NCBI RefSeq assembly: GCF_000196355.1 | Contig: NC_007614.1 | Coordinates: 2,760,001 to 2,792,000, forward strand | DNA from: Nitrosospira multiformis ATCC 25196 | GTDB taxonomy: Bacteria; Pseudomonadota; Gammaproteobacteria; Burkholderiales; Nitrosomonadaceae | Reading direction: 5' to 3' | DNA length: 32,000 nucleotides | Program-made: the position numbers and the translations under genes | The notes under the pieces: model-generated | The model's database searches: none | The model's input: the letters and a program-made list of their open reading frames with translations, nothing else | Told to the model about the DNA's origin: nothing | In this document: positions 28,901 through 32,000 of the stretch, piece by piece | Numbering within the stretch: position 1 is the first letter of the stretch | How the letters are laid out: each line of letters starts with the position of its first letter

Positions 28901-29499
28901 CATTTGTTATATATTTCCGCCGCCTTGCGGGGCATTTCTGATGCGATATACCACCTCGCCGATTCTTTTAATTTCTCCAGGCGTTCAGAAGAATCACGGA
29001 CCACGGCTGACCAGCGATAATACAGGCCTGCAACGACAGCAGGTTGCTCAAGTTCCAGGCTAAGTTTAATAACTTTAGGCAACAAAGTAACTGGAAGCCG
29101 CTCCTTACTGATCTCAACAATACTGTTCCGCAGGCTGGCTAATTTTGCTTTCCGACCTGGATCGTTTTCCGCTGTGGATAAATAATCCTTGAAGCCAATT
29201 TCCAATACCAATAGCCTGACACCTAACTCTGCCGGTTCTTTTAGCAACGGCTCCAACACAATACGAGCTTCATCCAGTTGGCCGAGGTTCATATAGTGCC
29301 GTGCGAGCTCGATGCGCAAGCTTCTATCATCAGGGTTTATATTTAACAGAAGCCTTAAATACTGTACTGAAAGATAGTCCGGCTTCTGTGTTAATAATTC
29401 TTTTAACTGATCCTCTTTATAAAACAAAAGAGCAAAAATAACGGTCAGCCCCAAAATGAACAGCGATATTGTTTTTTTCAAACTACCAAACAAATTCAT
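25927..29499 (-). CDS. pelB: PelB-like TPR scaffold plus C-terminal outer-membrane beta-barrel porin
   Basis: 1190 aa with AAGGAA SD 7 nt upstream. One N-terminal TM/signal segment, about 900 aa of TPR-like repeats, and a C-terminal region of alternating beta-strand pattern ending ...GAGLQYSIRF (terminal Phe, OMP signature). Length and architecture match PelB. Confidence 0.88.
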   Translation of the reverse strand: MNLFGSLKKTISLFILGLTVIFALLFYKEDQLKELLTQKPDYLSVQYLRLLLNINPDDRSLRIELARHYMNLGQLDEARIVLEPLLKEPAELGVRLLVLEIGFKDYLSTAENDPGRKAKLASLRNSIVEISKERLPVTLLPKVIKLSLELEQPAVVAGLYYRWSAVVRDSSERLEKLKESARWYIASEMPRKAAEIYNKCHEMSKDASQARQFAILTLQALRETGDSKLALEYFRNYQQKFPQDPELVDEVISINLADNEPRRAYEMGILRLALEANDPVQIKKQLDRALAVGEIRPALVLAQRVVEIVPADESAHERVGRIAEWALMPEIALKEWLWLARNRKDDAAIMNAVRLSVGLKAYDAALELLTQLSNTRKLTSEEMNTLLSAYKEAGSLADHVNFLKSYLKRYPEDSQGWEALAKTQESAEQLTDAVTTWQLIGARFNRMPEAVAHQARLTRKNGKPEKALSILLSNKNNVTSNETYFWEILGELSWDLKRLEHGVTAYGILWKSENANALVAERLIQLMRDMGRAEESIAIGEEAYDRLKQPRWLLLAMDVANQAGLSDELRRLFKVAMSKESQFLDSEMYWLLRAELNTRESKPEIALKQYQQALKVSPASTTAKEGILWNLIGRGDKRLLRSYIKTWQADASKNRSLWGVYGTALVKVGQNQEALPWFERKARINPDDYLWLLSYADVMNRAGYRDGAWRLRKYVLFNLRSRLKEIGNAVSARKIKEWLRPEYLALMRDMEGVNADVSILKKFLAKGYDNAGVQELLVAAYLSQENYPAARYWLLQEHVARQETPAWQRLALALGENDLAAAEHILESENDRLSNFNRMETLRRLERNEEALSFTYKLLDSHKGDPALQSYLFSVRDDLIVKSSKQVTGGVDFKTLGRINFIESRARFNMPGSGGVLAAEVRHTYLDSSNPEIVLPAHNEVDIMAEFKHPLGQGAYQVNVGGNLREVDSIAYGAVRVNQDVTSRLKTSLRIGVNELSHETGALRALGKKDMLLLGVTTQLTPQTFLHVDIDGHRYSTREGNNLGKGYKVQTILGHSLLRGIQDWQIRLQGSLERNDLTQTTPSDLTGVLSPSLPGVETLIPRRFALMGMGTSFRYGPFDQGVLRRPFVLGDAWTGWVWPANDLGYNARVLMGISLMGSDILSASVFYSNVQGGRTNQAYAGAGLQYSIRF

Positions 29500-29658
29500 G
29501 ATCGGGTTCCTTAGACAGAACGTCTCCTGCTACATGAAAAGTGTTTTAACTTGCCATATTATTGTTATTGGCTGCTCAAGAACCGCTGCCGTCACTTGGG
29601 CGAGCCGGAGTTGGAAATCCAGCGCTAAGTGGACAGTCACGGTTCTATTGTTGCTCAA

Positions 29659-29674
29659 TGCAATGACTTTGCCA
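29659..29674 (-). promoter_or_regulatory. Sigma-54 (-24/-12) type promoter candidate upstream of pelB
   Basis: The minus strand reads TGGCAA-AGTCA-TTGCA, against the consensus TGGCAC-N5-TTGCA. GG and GC have correct spacing. It lies about 160 nt upstream of the pelB ATG (29499). Confidence 0.5.
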
Positions 29675-29731
29675 GATTAACTTTCTCACTGCCCATCCCA
29701 TCCGATTCGTTCGATTGAAACAAGGTTGATA

Positions 29732-29756
29732 TGCGCACCCCATCGCGTCGGTGCGA
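29732..29756. promoter_or_regulatory. Inverted repeat TGCGCACC-N10-GGTGCGA, a candidate enhancer-binding-protein site
   Basis: Centred about 70 bp upstream of the -24 element. The GCACC/GGTGC half-sites are reminiscent of NtrC-family UAS elements. It also lies in the divergent region towards the 29958 gene. Confidence 0.3.
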
Positions 29757-29957
29757 TAGATCACACAATGGCATTTTTACAGTCGGAGTAAAAAAAAGAA
29801 AACTGCGGAATATTCATGGGTACGGCTCAAAAAAGATTACCCGCCCGAAGTGCTCATACTTCCAAGCACAAGCGCGCAGAGGACTTTTCGAGGTTGCTCA
29901 CAGGGATTGCCAATGATGGGAAGAGGCTACGTTCATGATCTGATAACTGGAGGTGCG

Positions 29958-30194
29958 ATGTCCCCCGATATGGATTCAGAGTTAATCACAATCACTTGTT
30001 CTTACTGCTCCGTCAAATACGAAGAGACAATCTTGCGGCTGAAGTACGAACCGAGACTTTCCTGTCCGGATTGCGGCAAATATATCGTCATCAATCTTCT
30101 TGACCTCTACACCATGCTTGAGTCGGTGCAAAAATCGTGTAAGGCGCTCCTCAAAAAATTGACCCCCACGTCAAACGGCAAAAGTCCGCATTAA
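29958..30194 (+). CDS. Small zinc-ribbon protein (CxxC...CxxC), function unknown
   Basis: The track ORF 29850..30194 is probably too long. The ATG at 29958 has GGAGGT 4 nt upstream and gives 78 aa: MSPDMDSELITITCSYCSVKYEETILRLKYEPRLSCPDCGKYIV... with two CxxC knuckles. It is divergent from pelB. Confidence 0.55.
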   Translation: MSPDMDSELITITCSYCSVKYEETILRLKYEPRLSCPDCGKYIVINLLDLYTMLESVQKSCKALLKKLTPTSNGKSPH

Positions 30195-30392
30195 TCTGCA
30201 AAGCGAGGCTTCTGCCCGATTTTTGAAGCAAGCTTGACTGTAAAGCAAATACTGCTATGAATAAATCTGGAAATCCGAATGCCCTCCTGTCACTGGAGTA
30301 ATGACGGCCCAGAAACGCTTCATGCCCGCTCATGACTTTCATATTCGAAGGCATGCGGGCTTTGTGCGAATTCCAAAAATAAGGAGGTGGTC

Positions 30393-31157
30393 ATGAAACA
30401 GTTGCGAATGATGGGGTTTCTGTCCGCATTGATGGGACTGTGCGGTCTGCTTGTTATTCCCGTTTCACAGGCAGAACCAATGAAGCCTTCCAAGACAATC
30501 AAGACGGAGTATCAGTATGCGGCGAAGGTGGCGTGTTCATTGCTGCTGCCACATCAGGACGGAACATTGGCGCGCGGCACTTATCGCACCACGGTCAACA
30601 TTCATAACCCGAGCGACAAGAAAATCAGCATTGCCGCCAAGGTGGCGCTTGCCGCACAGTTTGGCTCCGAGCCGGGACCGTTTGATGTAACACCTTTCAA
30701 GGAGGCGGTCATTCAGCCGGACGGGGCGGTAGGGGTGAATTGCTTTGATATCGCCAATTACTTTTGCCCGATCGATGGCGTCTGCGTGGATTTCGCCTTT
30801 CTTGAAGGATTCCTGGTCGTGAAAAGCCCGGTGCCTCTGGATGTTGTAGGCGTTTATACCGCTCGCCATACTGATGGAGAAGTCGAATCCATCGACGTGG
30901 ATGCGGTTGCACCCCACAAGGTTCGTGAGACAGTGAGCATAGGCGCAGCGGAATCCGGGAAGCGGGGAACAGGCAAGCGGGTCGATTATCCGCCGAAAGG
31001 AAGCTCGGCGTATGGGGAGAAGGAACCGAAGCAGATGTGCGGTGGCATAGCTGGCTTCCCCTGCCCCGAGGGCAAAAAGTGTGTGGATGATCCTTCAGAC
31101 AATTGCGATCCGGCACGTGGCGGAGCGGATTGCAGTGGCCTCTGTGTAAAACAATGA
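30393..31157 (+). CDS. Secreted protein with a C-terminal 6-Cys knot-like module, function unknown
   Basis: ATG at 30393 with AAGGAGG 5 nt upstream (the track starts at GTG 30387). Signal peptide MKQLRMMGFLSALMGLCGLLVIPVSQA/EP. The C-terminus is CGGIAGFPCPEGKKCVDDPSDNCDPARGGADCSGLCV. Confidence 0.65.
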   Translation: MKQLRMMGFLSALMGLCGLLVIPVSQAEPMKPSKTIKTEYQYAAKVACSLLLPHQDGTLARGTYRTTVNIHNPSDKKISIAAKVALAAQFGSEPGPFDVTPFKEAVIQPDGAVGVNCFDIANYFCPIDGVCVDFAFLEGFLVVKSPVPLDVVGVYTARHTDGEVESIDVDAVAPHKVRETVSIGAAESGKRGTGKRVDYPPKGSSAYGEKEPKQMCGGIAGFPCPEGKKCVDDPSDNCDPARGGADCSGLCVKQ

Positions 31158-31190
31158 TTTGAAGTGATCGCGGAAAAGGCGTTTTCCTGG

Positions 31191-31216
31191 CAGGGGCGAA
31201 TGCGAATTCGTCCCTG
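31191..31216. terminator. 11-bp stem-loop with GCGA tetraloop between convergent genes
   Basis: CAGGGGCGAAT-gcga-ATTCGTCCCTG. There is no strong U-tract. It sits between the 30393..31157(+) gene and chaB(-). Confidence 0.35.
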
Positions 31217-31343
31217 TTCAGAGACGGACTGAAATGGGCAAACTATGACTGAATAAACCGTGTTCCCGGAAAAACCGTATCAGTTTGAGTCGCTGTTGGT
31301 GAGTATGCCACCGCTTTATATTAGAGAATCACTGCCCCAGGAT

Positions 31344-31574
31344 TTAGGATTTCTTCTTGCGCCATTCGTCGCCCTCTTTCTCATATTCCTTTTTTACGGC
31401 CGCCCAGGCTACCCTGTGCGCCGTTTCTTCGCGTGAAGCATGGCCCCTGCGCTCATCCGGGTCCTTATACTCATCCCACGCGCTATTGAAAGCGGCTCTG
31501 TATATTTCCTGCGCATGCTTTGGCAGGACATTGGTAACGTTGTCCGGAAGATCTTTCAATGTATCGTATGGCAT
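31344..31574 (-). CDS. chaB: ChaB-family protein (putative cation transport regulator)
   Basis: The internal ATG at 31574 (AGGAG 7 nt upstream) gives 76 aa: MPYDTLKDLPDNVTNVLPKHAQEIYRAAFNSAWDEYKDPDERRGHASREETAHRVAWAAVKKEY... This is near-collinear with E. coli ChaB (MPYKTKSDLPESVKHVLPSHAQDIYKEAFNSAWDQYKD...). The 140-aa track ORF is an upstream over-extension. Confidence 0.88.
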   Translation of the reverse strand: MPYDTLKDLPDNVTNVLPKHAQEIYRAAFNSAWDEYKDPDERRGHASREETAHRVAWAAVKKEYEKEGDEWRKKKS

Positions 31575-31772
31575 GACGCTTCTCCTGAACCTGGGTTGAA
31601 ATAATGGCATCCGGTTTCGGGTGAAACCAGGATACAAATTCAATATAGCAGGCATGCCGGGGGACGCTGCGAGCACTGATTCGCAGATGTCCGCTCGGTT
31701 TGCGGAATGGAACAAGCAGGAGGGGAGATACAAACAAAAAATGGACTGGCGAGAATACCAACCCATTCAGGG

Positions 31773-31848
31773 TGGTAGCGAATCCCAGATTCGAACTGGG
31801 GACCAACGGATTATGATTCCGCTGCTCTAACCACTGAGCTAATTCGCC
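31773..31848 (-). tRNA. tRNA with anticodon CAT (Met by anticodon; sequence looks more like lysidine-modified tRNA-Ile2)
   Basis: The reverse complement is GGCGAAT-TA-GCTCAGTGGTTAGAGC-A-GCGGA-ATCATAA-TCCGT-TGGTC-CCCAG-TTCGAAT-CTGGG-ATTCGCT-A-CCA. The D arm and variable region (TTAGCTCAGTGGTTAGAGCAG...TCATAAT...TTGGTC) closely follow E. coli ileX rather than metT or initiator tRNA. Confidence 0.85.
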
Positions 31849-32000
31849 ACGTGTTATATGGAAGGTCTGGCATTATGCCTTCGCGCCACATTCCTGTCAA
31901 GATTCGAAATGGCGTCACCAATCCATCCAATTGATTGATTCAATTATAAAAACAGGGGAAGCGTAGCTGTTGTTCATAAATCCAACGAGGCGGAAAACGG

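Noticed and set aside
29500-31772. Search for an attR copy of the tRNA-Leu 3' end to define the right island boundary
   Set aside because: No convincing match of 12 nt or more to 9590..9615 was found by eye. The right boundary is therefore left undefined, somewhere between pelB and the tRNA(CAT).

Overview
The window has two parts. Positions 1-9615 are a conserved proteobacterial housekeeping block: nadK (partial) divergent from hrcA-hemH, then on the minus strand dedA-secF-secD-yajC-tgt-queA, ending at tRNA-Leu(CAA). Positions 9616 to about 31770 are a visibly more AT-rich accessory segment bounded by tRNA-Leu(CAA) and a tRNA with anticodon CAT. Just downstream of tRNA-Leu lie a decayed P4-type integrase relic, a tandem-repeat secreted protein and an IS3-family OrfA relic. 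These suggest an old tRNA-targeted island. The island is dominated by a complete Pel-type exopolysaccharide locus (pelA-G) in a non-canonical layout. pelB stands alone behind a sigma-54-like promoter, pelCDEFG follows, and pelA sits at the 3' end rather than the 5' end. The main observation is a 5.7-kb insert exactly at the pelB/pelC junction. It carries a divergent gene pair, a GH114-type endo-alpha-1,4-polygalactosaminidase-like protein and a 711-aa secreted protein with CE4-style deacetylase motifs, plus a small secreted protein. This resembles the Ega3/Agd3 tailoring enzymes of fungal galactosaminogalactan, and it is present in addition to the bifunctional PelA. The insert also carries structural scars: a perfect 78-bp tandem duplication of the GH114 signal-anchor, a two-piece spliced relic of the deacetylase gene, and a GC-rich, hairpin-dense non-coding element flanked by direct repeats. 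Elsewhere, yajC has an in-frame amber codon at a conserved Gln. All functional calls rest on motif and length recognition by eye. No database search, HMM or folding calculation was run.
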